Assembly (NCBI RefSeq): GCF_964355755.1
Contig: NC_092670.1
Coordinates: 25,530,795 to 25,594,794 of the forward strand
DNA: 64,000 nt
DNA from: Antedon mediterranea
Lineage: Eukaryota; Animalia; Echinodermata
Direction: 5' to 3'
Shown here: piece after piece, positions 1-13,542 of the stretch
How the letters are laid out: every line of letters begins with the position of its first letter
Numbering within the stretch: the stretch's first letter is position 1
Made by a program: the position numbers and the translations under genes
Notes under the pieces: model-generated
The model's input: only the letters and a program-made list of their open reading frames with translations
Database searches by the model: none
What the model was told of the DNA's origin: nothing

Positions 1-632
1 ACATTTATATTTTTTTAATTTACACGTGCGTAGCCTGTCACATTTGACGTGCTCGTATAACGTAATTTCGAGTTGAAAATTAAGTCAAGAAAACAGAAAT
101 CGGGCAAAAAGTGTGCGCAATAACATTTAACGCGCAGTGCGCGCGCAAAAATCTGCGCACTCATGGCAATTTTGTAAACGCTTAAAATTGCCTGAAACGT
201 ACTCTTATTTCATCGAAAATAAATTTTGAAAATTTTAAGCGCGCGTACGCATGCGTTACATGCGCTACGCACGTAATTGTATTGCCATATGATGATTTAT
301 GCCCTGAAATTTATGAGTACCAAATTTTATTTAATTGTGATTCATGGTTGTTAAGATATGATTACAAACGTGATTTCGTTAAATCGTGCGTAGACCGCGT
401 AATTTTTTATTGCGCACCGTGAAAACATAACCACATCGATTCCTGGCCATAAGGAATATTCTGTGAAAAATTGACTTAGCTAGATTAAACTGATATCAAG
501 ATAAGGTCATAAAGCGATAAAACGCATAGTGATACCGGACCGACAGACAGACCGACAGACAGACCGACCGACAGACAGACAGACCGACCGACCGACTTAG
601 TGAACTATAGAGTCGCTTCTACGCGACTAAAA
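1..632 (-). mobile_element. Non-autonomous Helentron/HINE (DINE-1-like) element, truncated by window start
   Basis: (GACA/GACC)n microsatellite at ~537-597 followed by the terminal stem-loop AGTCGC-ttctac-GCGACT and an A run. Near-identical to 15635-16278 and related to 44820-45370. Superfamily call is inferred from the architecture. Confidence 0.6.
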
Positions 633-689
633 ATGCATGCTTATCTATTTATCGTCGATCGTTATCGTCCTAGTGTAAATGGGCTTTAA

Positions 690-964
690 GAAGGTGTTTT
701 CACACAGATCGCGAGGAAGTTTTATGATTATGAGTAGCCAAACAAGCGCGTTGCATTATGAGATATGTTTTGATAGAAAACTTTTGACTGGAAGTCAAAG
801 TTATTTTTTGAACAAAAAAACCTCTGTATTTCAGTTAAATGATTTTTTTTTCGACTAATTTTTAATGAAAGTTAACCTATTTTGATACTTCAAAATGACC
901 TACTTTTTTTTCGAAATCTTTTTTTTTTTATTTTTTTGGAATTAGTCAAAGGGACAATACATCT
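690..964. mobile_element. Partial copy of a TTAA-targeting (Kolobok-like) MITE
   Basis: Ends in GGGACAATACATCT followed by TTAA; homologous to the copies at 13543-14151 and 52657-53203. Confidence 0.7.
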
Positions 965-1254
965 TTAAAATTGGAATAGTTTATAACAATAACACAAATG
1001 TAAATTATGCGGTAGGGTGGTTAGTCGATTAGTATGTTATGTAAATCATTTGATTTGGTTTTATATTCCATTACTCACTGTATGTATTTTTTTCTTTTGT
1101 ATTTTAATTTATGGTTTATATTATGTTATATTTTGAAGGATGCACCTTTGTGCTATAAGTGTGCCACCGATCTAAAGGTGGAAATCCAAATAAATAAATA
1201 ACAAATTGTGTTACCAGGACGTAATTAGTAATTGATATAAATTATTTTTAATAG

Positions 1255-2777
1255 AATACCGTCATCATTTTTTAAAAATTACGAAATTACAGAAGACAAA
1301 AAAGGACAATTACGGTAAATGAATATTATTGTAACATTATTTCACCATTGTAATAATTGATTATTGATTTATTTATCAAAATAGAGCATCAGTGATGACA
1401 GTAGGAATAATTATCATTTGATTTCAGAACACTTGTGAAGAAATGTTTTCCACTAGATTATGCTTTTCTGATTTACAAAGATGCAGATGTAGGATTGAAG
1501 AAGTCGAGATTTAAACAAAAATTTACTTTTCGTGAATACATCTTTAGTTTGTTAACATCGGACAGGTCAAAATCTATGATTAACAAGAGCCATTTTAATT
1601 CCATTAACTTTCAAAGAGATTGTGCCATTGTCGGAAATGGAGGTATTCTTGTTGGTAGCAAATGTGGAAAAAATATCAACAATCATGCTTTTGTGTTGCG
1701 TTCAAATCTGGCTCCGATTGTGAATTACGAAGATGACGTTGGTACTAAAACAAATATGACAGTTTTAAACGGACAAATAATGGACGAAGTTATAGATACA
1801 GTAGATCAAGGTGCGCTGGGTAAAACATTTCTAGATCGAATTCAGTATTTGAATGATTCTATTTTATGGTACAGTAAAGCTACTGAAGTACAATTTAAGA
1901 AACATCAGTTACAATTCCTCAGTAAAATGCTGAAAAACAAATATAATCTTCCAATTCGATTCGGGTACAGTTGGAGAACCTTCGATCCACTAACAAGATG
2001 GTAAGTAAGCCTAGGCCTATTATATTGCAAACGTAAACAAATAGAATTAAACATATGAAAATATTCTGGACTGAGAAAATGTTAGATGAAACTCAAATGA
2101 GTAAACGATACAATTACGATAAAATTGTTCTTATTGCTCATAACGTCATTTGATTGGACTAATCTCTTTTTGTTCTAGTAAAGGGCCTTCTATAAGCTTG
2201 ATTTAGTAACAGATTTGAAGTTTTTTTTAACAATTATGAACATCATTTTTTGAAAATACGGGCGTTGACCTGGGTTCTTTCTTTTTCCCCCTTCTTTGTT
2301 GCATTGTGGGCCTACTTTCCGTTAGTGGAAAATGATGAAAGGAAGGATTTTAACTATGCGCAAATGTTCGATTGACGCGCCTAGCTAGTTGAAAACATTC
2401 CAGACACCGAGAAAGATTGCCGATTTCTCGCACGGAATAGGTATTGCGGTTCATGGGTATGCATCACATAGAAGATAGTAAGACATAACATTATTTATTT
2501 AATCATCAACAGGTTCTGGGGTACAGGTATTCGTGTTCCACATCTGACTACTGGATTTAACACGTTCACCGTTGCTGTGTCGCTGTGTGATAACATTACT
2601 CTTTACGGATTCTACCCGTTTAACTATGATACCAATGGAAAACCTCTACGTTACCATTATTATGACAAGACTAATGTTCTTGGAAATAACAGCGTACATA
2701 ATATGCCGAAGGAATATGAGTTACTTACTCAATTTAACGCGTCAGGTGTATTACGGTTGGTGACGAATTGTAATTGA
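1255..2777 (+). CDS. Alpha-2,8-sialyltransferase-like (GT29, ST8Sia family), paralogue A; 5'-partial
   Basis: Exons 1255-1314, 1428-2000 and 2513-2777 join in frame across phase-2 GT-AG introns. Sialylmotif L (CAIVGNGGILVGSKCG...RSNLAP...DVGTKT), motif S (TTGFNTFTVAVSLCDNITLYGFYPF), motif III (HYYD), motif VS (HNMPKE) and the C-terminal Cys typical of ST8Sia are present. The signal-anchor exon was not found in the window. Confidence 0.92.
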
Positions 2778-2879
2778 AATAAATTGGGAAAACATTTCAA
2801 AACTTCAATAACAACTTACTTTTTGGAAATATTATAAAATAGTATAATTGTATATCTGCATTTTAAACAGCCTCCATAT

Positions 2880-5742
2880 TCAAATACACGGTGATGTTTT
2901 TAAATGTAAAATGCCCATGTCGTTTAATCTCTGTAGTAATTTAAATTCTGTCGGAATGTTATGAATTCGATTGTAAGTATATTCCATTACAACATCTTCA
3001 TAATAGTGATGACGAATTGATCGACCTTTAGCGTCAACAACAAACGGATAAAATCCGTATAAGGTTATCTCTTTACAAAACGCAATGGCAACTGTGTACA
3101 TATTCAGTCCAGTTGTTGTGTATGGAACGTCAATTGACCAAAACCTAAAAAAAAACGAAACAAATGATTTTATATTATTATTTGTATTTCTCAAACATCA
3201 CTCAACGTTTGATGGGTGGGGGTGGGGAGCTTTATATTTGCGACACGCTATGAATTAACCTACTTTTCATTTTATCATTAGTGGGGAAACGGACATGTGC
3301 CTCCTTACTCAAATGATCGACACAATGTCGGTGGAGATCCAACCGCAACCAACGGTACACTATTATGCTTAGTAGATGTCCTGTTGGCCGTTGCTAATGT
3401 GACCACTCACGATTTAATGATTTTAAATGAATGTAACTTTAAATTGAAGGGAACAAAATTGGGACAGATTTTACTCTTAGTTTTAGTTAATGATGCGGCC
3501 ACTGAAAGTTGCAGGCGTTGGTGGACATTTGTGGATGACCTGACTCTAGGGGAAGTAACCAAATGTGATGCCCTTCTGAATTCCAGAATATTATTAATAG
3601 TATCGGTGAGTGGTCTACAGCAAATGATTTTCTACCAGAACCAGTCAAATGCCAACTTATTTAATTTTTTTTAAGCAACGGCAGATTAATGTAGCCTATA
3701 AAATCAATAATTTGGACCTTCCGATCTACTTGGTGTTTTCAACATGACCTCAGTTATGGTTATAATGTTAATGATATAGCACGCAAGCTATTTTCACTTT
3801 GTATCCTAAAGTGGTATAGTGCAGCACCAATCAGTAATATGATTACGGTTTTTACATCATATATCCAATCCAATAAAAAGAATACAGAAACGGGCAGCTG
3901 TAAGAATAATTCTTGACTCGAGTTCACGTTAGCTACGAATTACTCATAGAATATGCAGACTTTGCCTTCTTTAAAGATCCGCAGAGAAAGTCTTCTTAAG
4001 TTTGGCAATGATCTTTTTAAAGTCTACAATATTTAGGGATATGTTACCTCAATATTATAATTCTAATAGGAATGAGATCGTTAAGGAACAATACTTGCAT
4101 TTTTGCAGATGCCGTACTGAAAGGTATGTGAAATTAACAATCACGTACCTAGCACGGATCTTTTTTAACGTGTATGCTTTGTTTTTTGATTAAATTGTAA
4201 TCCAACTGTTTGAACTTTTGAATGTTTTTATATATCTGAATAACATGATTTATCGTATAAATAACTTCATAGCCTGTCGGCACAAATGCAATTGATACAA
4301 CAACAAGGTCGACAAGCTGTGGGATCTTCCATTTCATTGCTTGCGATATAGGTCAAATAATTTGCATTCACGAATGTACAACTAACGTAATAGTAGGCTT
4401 GACTTTTCATACATACCATTTTGTAAGATGCTCTATTCCTGTATACGTATAAGCTATACGTATTGGTAGATTATATGATACTTTTAGTTCCTTGGCTAAA
4501 TACCGTAACTTGTTTTTGGCCCAGAAACGCGTTCGCGCTCCTTTGTGATACCATATCACAGAATCATTTAACCACTTCAGACGTTCAATAAATTCTGCTT
4601 TTTCCAAAGTCCGACCTTCACTAGAAAGTACTGAATACAGCGTGCGTATGATATCATAGTTCAGAACAGTAAAATTCGTCTTCGTACCAACATCATCTTT
4701 GAAGTTTCGGATTGGTGCGATATTTGCCCTCATGACGTAATCGTATCGAGTGTCGATCTCCGAACCGCAACCACTGTTTTCCAAAATGCCACCGTTCCCA
4801 ATAATTGCACATTTATCATACATTTTCAGAGCATCTAACTTGCTTTTTATGTAAGTTCGCGTTGCGTTGTTTTGATTGATACTTTCAATTATATATTCGA
4901 TGAATCCTAAGCCTTGCTTAAAGTCCATTTCAGAAGACGGGACGCCTTCTTTGTACAGCATTACCGTCCAATCAATTGGAAAACATTTTAATATATGCTT
5001 CCTTTAAAAAAAAGAATGAATCGCAAAAACGTCAGTAATCCTAGATGTATCCTAAACTCACTGACCTTACTTAGGCCTATCCTCTTTTATAGTTAAAAAC
5101 AAACACATTTTGACAAACATTTACATTCATTTACGCCTGAGGTGGTAAGACACGAGACTATCCATGGAACATTTTGATCATTTAAAAATTACACCAACCT
5201 TAACATTTCAACTTTCTTATTCACATCAGGATCTTCATCTGGATGAGCAAAAAAAGTTTCATCCAGTCTATATTAAAGAGTAAGTATTTATACTGGACTC
5301 AGATAACCTCTCAAATGATTGTGGGGCAATGGGTATGGTGGTCGCCAGCTAGATTCAATGACAACTAATAGATTAGGGTTCAAAGAAAGAAACAGTGTTG
5401 ATCCTTTCACATCACACATAGATCTTCAAATTTTATGCATGCTATGCGACGTGAAAGTGGTATTATAAGCTGACACATGATCTATCGTCTATCTTGCTAA
5501 GTTTACCGGTCGTGATCTTTTTTGTTATTATTATATTTCATTTATCACTGGTTACAACTTTATTAAAAGATTGAAACGTGTAAAAAAATGCTAAAAAAAC
5601 ATAATATAGTATACCGTTTGCATTCGACAGGTACAGGTAACCCAAACGGTTCCTCTGTAATGATGGCCAATATGAGCCAGCTTCCAAACATTAGCAAACA
5701 AAAACACCGGGGACGGGTCAACAACGTCTTTGCCTTCATCAT
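2880..5742 (-). CDS. Alpha-2,8-sialyltransferase-like (GT29, ST8Sia family), paralogue B; complete, ~348 aa
   Basis: Exons 5742-5615 (MMKAKTLLTRPRCFCLLMFGSWLILAII..., type II signal anchor), 5267-5199, 5001-4417 and 3144-2880, with all introns phase-2 GT-AG. Sialylmotifs L (CAIIGNGGILENSGCG), S (TTGLNMYTVAIAFCKEITLYGFYPF), HYYE and HNIPTE are present, ending in SPCI. Confidence 0.93.
3700..4200 (+). mobile_element. Decayed 3' fragment of a LINE (CR1/L2-like) ORF2 in an intron of ST8Sia paralogue B
   Basis: Frameshifted remnants IQKRAAVRIIL, LLKFGNDL and CRTERYVKLTITYLARI resemble the C-terminus of CR1/L2-group reverse transcriptase ORFs. Confidence 0.5.
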
Positions 5743-6260
5743 AATATCATCGATATCAAACTAGAAAACACGTAGGTAAGCTGAGCTATTAAAAATGTGG
5801 TCGAGTTAAGAATACAGTCGAAAAAAAAGAATTCTTCAATTCAATTAAAATTTCAGACAATTGCCCATATGGTATAATACACTTACACAAAAAAAAGATG
5901 ATGAAGGAGAGACTTCTAAACCTGCCGCGTTCAATAATGTTTGTTTGTTTGTTTTGTTAAAATTATAATTACTATCTTTTTAGGGACCACATTGGAATTA
6001 AGTTGTTTTGCTTTAAACGACTTTATGTGTTTTCCCGTGCATCGTCAGACTTCATTAATCCCGCCATTTTTATTTGCTTTTTTGATGTACATGTATATTA
6101 ATATTTAAGGTGATTTTATATATTATTGATGTATTTTTAATGTTATTTATTGAGATGCCAAATAAATGAAAGAAAAGAAATGGTCTAGCCTACAATAGAA
6201 AGTAGTGCATTGTGTATGTACGGCCGCGCCTTGGCTGGCTATTTATTACAAGCACGCTAA

Positions 6261-7013
6261 AGCCCGGCGCACACTAGAGCTTCCGGTTGAGCCAACTGGC
6301 ACGAGTACATTTTGCTCACAGTGTGTGCGCCGGGGAATTCGTGAGGAATCGGCCACGCGTGCCGCTGAGAAAAATATCTAGCCTATCGTGTTTAATATTT
6401 TTTGGCACGCGTGTAATTTTCCTCAAGTGTGCGCCCAACGTCGTGAGCAGATAGCTCACAAAAAAATTCCACTGCGCATGACATGTTCTGATTTATTATA
6501 ATATGTCAGCGCGTGCCGTATAGCCTATTAAGTAACTATCCAATCAGAAAATCGCGTACTGAAGGCGTTTAGTGTGCGTCCGATAGAACGCGATCACAAT
6601 TTGCGGCAAATTTTTTAGTGAGCCAAGTGTTACTCGTGCCAAAGAACTTATAACACAAGAATCTCCTGTTCTTCAATTTGCATTCAAAACACAGTATCGG
6701 AAGTACAGGGTTAAAAGGTCAAACTGGGCGACGCCATTTCACAGCATGGAGCAGCGCCCCCTCCAAACTAGGAAGTCAATTACTCTACCCCCCCCCCCCC
6801 CCTAGAGTATTAGCAGATCCCCTCTATGATTTTGACTTTTTAATTTGATGTTGCCCTACTCCATGGCTCACAATGGCGTCACCCATAGCTCTATTCTATC
6901 CCACAATGCCTTTCGAAATTGTTACGCGCTTCGGACGAACAGGAGATTCTTGTGTTATAAGTTCTTTGCTCGTGCCAGTTGGCTCAGCCGAAAGCTCTAG
7001 TGTGCGCCGGGCT
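6261..7013. mobile_element. PIF/Harbinger-like MITE
   Basis: TIRs AGCCCGGCGCACACTAGAGCTT / AAGCTCTAGTGTGCGCCGGGCT flanked by a TAA duplication. Confidence 0.85.
6640..6968. mobile_element. P-element-like MITE nested in the Harbinger MITE
   Basis: ~32-bp TIR CAAAGAACTTATAACACAAGAATCTCCTGTTC, CA..TG termini, 7-bp TSD CTCGTGC (6633-6639 / 6969-6975). Confidence 0.85.
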
Positions 7014-7131
7014 TAAGTCACTTCAATATATCCGGTGGCGTAATGTCAAAGCCGGTGTTAGATTTTTGTACACATGGCGTGTCATACATATAGGTCAAAC
7101 CAGTGAGCTATTACAGATCACTGGATCAAAC

Positions 7132-7967
7132 CAAAGAATATATATCACAAGAATGAGTATTCCGCGATTTTTGCATGAGAAATTTGTAACAGAGAGCTCC
7201 AGTGAGTGATGCCCGCCCTCATAAGGGCGGATGTATACATACTAAATAAGACTTGATTTAATAGATATTATACATGTCACATTAAATAGAATTATGAAGA
7301 TAGTTTTTGCAATTGTAAACTATTTTATAATACATATTTATTAACAACCTAGTGTTTATTCACTTTTACAGACAATTATTTACTAACATGCTAAGTTAGT
7401 TCACAAAAAAGGCCTAACACAGCAACACCAAAAATCAACGAATATTACTCAGCACGGCCTATTCTTTACCATTGCCGTGTACTACTGTACGCCCGGTAAA
7501 TTAAGTATTGTTTTTATGATATAAATTAGTATAAAACACATGTTATTAATAGGAGAAAATGTTACATGTCATTAACATTTATTTGTTTTACCAGAAACAA
7601 GTTAAATATAGGAATATTATTAAACTATCCTTCGTGAAAACGCGTAAACAGCAACACGCCCGGTCACGCTATCGTAGCGCCCGGTTGATAAAGCAAACTG
7701 TTTATACGGCAGTTTTTACTAAATAAATTGCATAAAACGAACAATTAAATATCCAAATAGTATTTAACATGATGTTGGCATGTAGTTGATAACATTTTTT
7801 ATCATGAAAATACTACCGGTGGTCCAGCCTTTGATTAGTGAAACCGTCACAAAAAGTTGTATACATCCCAGATACATCCACACTTATGGCGGCGCCCTAC
7901 CACATGGACAATATTACTGTTACAGTGAAAATCGCGGATTACTCATTCTTGTGATATATATTCTTTG
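7132..7967. mobile_element. P-element-like non-autonomous DNA transposon
   Basis: TIR CAAAGAATATATATCACAAGAATGAGTA.TCCGCGATTTT, 7-bp TSD ATCAAAC (7125-7131 / 7968-7974); shares the CAAAGAA terminus with 6640-6968. Confidence 0.85.
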
Positions 7968-8526
7968 ATCAAACAAATCAAAACGCCCGCTGGTGGCGCT
8001 ACGTAAATATATATAACAGTATTAGTAAACAGATTACTGTAGCAAGTCATAAAACATTGCAATAACATTATGATACTTGTGTGGATAGATATAGATGAAG
8101 TGTAGATAATAAATAGCATTATTTATAGCAGAATTGCAGATTACAAATGGTTTATTTTTACTTCAGATGCTCTAGGCCTGGGGTGGGCAAACGCCTACCA
8201 CCACACAACAGACTTATTATAATTGACTACCACCATCCAGCAGTGGACGTGCATGTACTTATGGATGGTAGGCCTACACTATTACGTAGTCGTAGGACTC
8301 GCTCCGTGTTGCGGTGACAAATTACAAGCAACCAAAACAAATTAAAAGTAGTGATTAATTATTGTATTACCTATTATGTCATGACATTAATTGTGAATTC
8401 AGTGGAATGTTTCTGCCTCTTACGATTCTAAGAACACAATGTTGTCACCGAAAGTAAAGCCGAGTCAATCAAGCGTGTCAATAGCAGGTTGCATTCACAT
8501 TATTCATATTACAAAAGCGGACACTG

Positions 8527-11500
8527 TAGTCCAGGCAATCTATGTCGGGATCTATGTAAAAAAAGGAGGTAACCCAAAACAAATTGCAATAGTTTTTAAA
8601 CCTTTTTTATCTGATTCAGTACCTAGTAGGACACTTTCTTTTCAAAATCTGGTTAGTGGAACATATAATTTAGGGGTCATTAGAGGTCAATTATGTCAAA
8701 TTTGGTAATAATCACTTTTTTAGATATAACTTATGACTGGTATAACATATTTTATCAAATGAAGTATCATATAATAGCTATTTTAATTATCTATCTAATG
8801 ATAGAAAACTGAATATGTGTACAAGCACACATGGTATAATTTTTGGGTAAAAATTGTAATTTTTTTACATTTTTATCCAAAATTAAAAGTTTTCAATAAT
8901 TATATTTTAGTAAAAATATAACTTAGGAATGACAAAGTTTTATAAATATTTTGCCTATAATAGTGATGTATAATTTACAATATAAAAACTAAATCGTAAT
9001 TGGTACGGAATTACAGGCAGAAACACTCACAATTTCAGGTCAAATAGGGACAATTTGGTATTAATTACTTTTTAGTTAAAACTTTTGACTGATGTAACAT
9101 AAAATATGTTACATAAAGTTTCATATAATAGTCTAATTATCTATCTAATGATACCAAACATGATATGTTTACATGCACAAATTTTACAGTTTTTGGGTGA
9201 AAATAGTAATTTTTGAATTTAAAAAAAAAAACAATGTTTTTAGTAAAAATAAAATTTAATTACATATTTTTTATAACACCGTTTTACCAATATTTTCCCT
9301 ATAATATAGTCATTTTAACTTTACAATATCAAAAGCGAAACGCCATTTTGTACGGAATTACATACATTTAAATAGAAACACTCAAAATATGAGGTCCAAT
9401 GTTACACAAAACTGAGATTTTTTCCTGTCAAAGTTTTCGCAATAAAATTTTCCACTCGGAATTCTCATCCAAATACTGTAATCTTTTGAGCCACGCTTAC
9501 TTTTTTTCAAAATCCAAGATGGAATTCAAAATGGCTGCCAAAATGATATAAACTGTATTCATAATGGCTATTTTAATAATATTCTAAATTGAAAGATACA
9601 TCCTTGCTGGAGAAATTTCCCAAAAAGTTAAAATGGATATGTCATCATCAGCAAGCATGTATCTTTTAATTTAAAATGTAAGTTCGAATCCAATATGGCC
9701 ACCAACATTTTAAACGGCTGCTAAATTGACTTTTATTTGACATTTAATTTTTTTAAATAATGGTTATGTAAGCAGCAAGCATGTATCTTAAAATTAGCAG
9801 GAGACTCAAAATCCAAAATTGCTGCCAAATTCCAAAATGGCCACCATATTCATGAATTGTATGGGGTAAGAAGCGACTAACATTCTTAATAAAGGTACTT
9901 ATCTATTTCTTAGGTTTATCGAAAACAAAGACCACCCTATAGAACATAAATATTGAGAAATGTTGGTGAGGTCTCTACTCTATAGAACAAATATATTGAG
10001 AATGTTCATACATTCCAATAATTATCGATCTATAGTTTCCCCTATGTTTCATAATTTTTGAGATTTTATTTGTGTTACATGAGCTTGTTGAAAATAAGCA
10101 CTTTAGTGGGGTCAGTCTAGTCTTTTCAAGAAACCTTGATAACATAACCACCCTATTATACAACTAAATATTAGTCTGAGTGAGGCCACTCGTTTTTAAA
10201 AAATATCGAAAACATGAGGCTCCACCTAGTTAACACATGTTGAGAATTGTTAGTTGGAGGTCCCCATTTCAATTCAAGATTTATTTTTTTTTAAACAGAG
10301 ACCACCATCTAGAACACAATATTGTAGGGATTTTACAATTCATCGCAAGCAGAAACAAGACCTAGAACACACTTACAAAAATGTTAATGGCGTCTTTTTT
10401 GGGGGGAGGGACCCGGTCTCTATTTTCAAAAACCCGAAAACAGAGACCCGGTACAGAATACAATATTGAGAAGATTTTTGTGTTGAGATCTGTGTTCACA
10501 GTAAAATTTTTCAATAATTCTGTTTTCTTCCTACTACAAAAATCGTAAAACTTAAATATTGTAAACTTTTAGTGGCAGTCTCTGCTTTCGAAAACGGCAC
10601 AACAGAGACCCAGTATGAATACAATGAATATTGAAAATATTTTTAGTGGGGATCTTCGTTTTCAAGAAGTTCTGACAATAGCGACCCCCGCTATTAGACT
10701 ACACAAAACAATTAGTTTCAAAGATAGGTCATTAGGTCTGTTGTATTTTATATTGCTTGATCAGTTGTTAGTTAGTTCCAAGTTGATCACTAATGTAAAT
10801 ATTATATTGTTTTGCTTGTGTTTACTGCCAAGAAAACAATTATCACTATACTATGTATAAATGACTTAATATCGAATCTGAATCTGAAGCTGTGTCTTTT
10901 TGTGAGAAAAAAATGTGATGTGCCCATATATGGACATGATGATGTCATAACCACTACCCTAATTAAGCATATCACTACCATATTTTGGCACATTACATTT
11001 TTTTGTCACATAAAGTTTGATAGTATAGACAGAGCTTAACATTGTGGCTTGGTGGTTATGATGCTTGTCTACCAGTCCAAGGGTCCTAGGTTCAAGCCCC
11101 GTCACATGTCAGGATTTTTTCTAAGGACCAAATTACTCCACTCCCAAAGACTTGTAATAAGACTTTGTTTATGTAGAGCATCTTGTGTATATGTTTGTCT
11201 TGTGAACCTCTGAGGGTCCCTAATGATCAGCAATAGCTGGATGGATCACCCTCATTAAATATGGTTTTTAAAAAAAGAATTTCTAGTATTGCCTCAATAT
11301 TTTTTAATATTTCTCGAAAATAGAGACCACAGTAGGCCTATTGGGTTTTAATGGGGGTCTGTGTTTTCGAGATTTCTTGAAAACAGAGACAATCTTACTA
11401 ATATACCCATACTAAATATTTCAATATTTTATTCTACAAGGTGGTCTCGGTTTTCAAGATTTCTTAAAATCAGAACCCTTTGGTAAAGAACATAATATCG

Positions 11501-13015
11501 AAATGTTTATTGGTGATCTCTTATTTTACAAAAATCTCGGAGACGGACCCTAGAACATAAGATTAAGAAGTCTCAGTGAGGTTTTCATGAAATCTCAAAA
11601 ACAGAGACCACCCTATAGAACACAATATGAGAAGATTTAATTGGGGTATGTGTTTCGAGATATCTTATGGTCTCTTTCTGAAATTTATTTTAAAAACAGA
11701 GACCTTCCTAAAGAACACAACATTGAAAAGTTTAGTGGCGATCCATCTCTATTTTCGAGAAAAATCGATAATCACACACAATAATATTGGAACATTTAAA
11801 AAGATTCTCTGTTTTCAAGATTTCTCAAAAACACAGATCTTCATTGAACACAATATTTAGAAGCATATTTCATGAGCTTTCATTTTGATACACAACAGTT
11901 CTTCCAAACACTCTAATTATTGAATATTATATAAAAAAAAATGTGTAATTAAATTATGCACATTTTTTAATAGCTTTTATTAAACATTTTCAATGTTGTA
12001 GTCTCTATTTTCGAGAAATCTTTAAAAATACAGAGGCCCCCACTAGAAATTCTCAATATTGTGTTAAAGGTAGTCGCTATTGTCAGGACTTCTTCTAGTC
12101 TGGGCTCCAGACGGAGTTTTTTCTTAATATTAGTAAAAATACAAATATTTTTGCACATATGGCGTTTCATACGTGTATTACTTGAGTTTGGATAAAACAA
12201 ATAAATAAAAAAAAAATACAATACAGACTTGGGGCAAGTCTAGACTTCTTCAAAACGAAGATCCCACTAAAAATATTTTCAATATTGTATTCATGTGTCT
12301 GTGTTTTCCGGTTTTCGAAAACAGAAACTGCCACTAAAATTTGTCAATAGTAATATTATTATGTTCTATGTTTTTTTGTGGTTTTTTTTCAGTTTAAAGA
12401 ATAATTTAACGTGAATATGTATTTTTAAAAATGTTTGGGGTCAAAGGTCAGTAAAAGAATTTCCGGTCATTTTTTTTATGTATAAATATGTATATTCTGA
12501 ATAATTTAACAGCAAAAACAAATCTCTATGACAATGGTTATCAAGATATAAGAACCACACATTTTAGCCATTTTCTTCCCAGATAGAAAATTTTCCAAAC
12601 ATCCCATGTTCTTCTTTAGGGTCAAATTAACCTATAACAGTTGAGATATTCTCTCCTAAATTAATCAGGTTCTTGACTAAGAAGGAAATAATATTTTTTT
12701 CACAAGTGTTAAAAATAAAAATTCAGTTTTTACTGTAAAAATATACTTTAATCACATGTAAATGTGATATTCATATCATTGGGTAGATAATTGAAGTAGC
12801 TACCATGTGGTACCAAACATGATAGTAGATAATATATCAATCTTAGTTTATATCATTAAATATTGATTATTACCAATTTTAGACATAATTGACCTCAAAT
12901 GACCGATTTTAGTAGATTTTGAAAATAAAACACTCCAATAACTACAGAATCAGAAAAAATAAGTTTTGAAACTATTGCAATTTGTTTTGGGTCAATCCAC
13001 AGATTGCCTGGACTA
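8527..13015. mobile_element. Academ-like non-autonomous DNA transposon (4.5 kb)
   Basis: Termini TAGTCCAGGCAATCT / AGATTGCCTGGACTA, 3-bp TSD CTG, imperfect TIRs a few hundred bp long, and degenerate internal repeats (..AAACAGAGACC..AGAACACAATATTG..) in both orientations. No transposase ORF. Confidence 0.75.
11035..11280 (+). mobile_element. tRNA-derived SINE inserted in the Academ-like element
   Basis: Pol III A box TGGCTTGGTGG (11045-11055), B box GGTTCAAGCCC (11089-11099), A-rich end near 11270. Confidence 0.6.
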
Positions 13016-13542
13016 CTGGGCTACCGGTGTGAAGGAAGGGGCGTGGAACTGATCGTGTCGCAGCCACACATAAAACCCTTTATGATCTCTGTTGTTAGAT
13101 TTCCTTGATATGATTAAATTGATATTATATACACCACAGGCACTAAACAAATTCTTAACCGACCGGTGATAGGCATATACTGAAATGTATTAATTAATTT
13201 GATAATGTATTAATTAATAAAGATCTGTGAGAATGAGAATAGTTTTATTTTTTTAATTGTTCGATAAACTTGATTATCATGGAATTTTCTTTTATTAAAC
13301 CACTTTTAACAATATTGTATTCGATTATTTAGTACCGGTAGGCCTACGGTAATATTATTAAAATACGTGACGTAACGAAAGCGACTTGATCAATATTTTT
13401 ATATAATGCTCTATAATACTATTGTTAACTTTAATCGTAATGGAAATTTTAAGTTAAAGAAATAATCTGACATTTAGCGGAGAAATGATGAATGAATGAA
13501 TCAGAGGCCTATCAGGGCAAGCCTAAACTGCTTTTTCATTAA

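Noticed and set aside
3297-3674. 125-aa ORF nested antisense in the ST8Sia paralogue B intron
   Set aside because: It has a GTG start, no recognisable domain, and abuts a decayed LINE fragment; it is probably repeat-derived.
11041-11110. Possible tRNA genes here and at 42758-42825
   Set aside because: A and B boxes are present, but I could not fold a convincing cloverleaf and both lie within repeats. They are treated as SINE-type heads; tRNAscan-SE would settle it.
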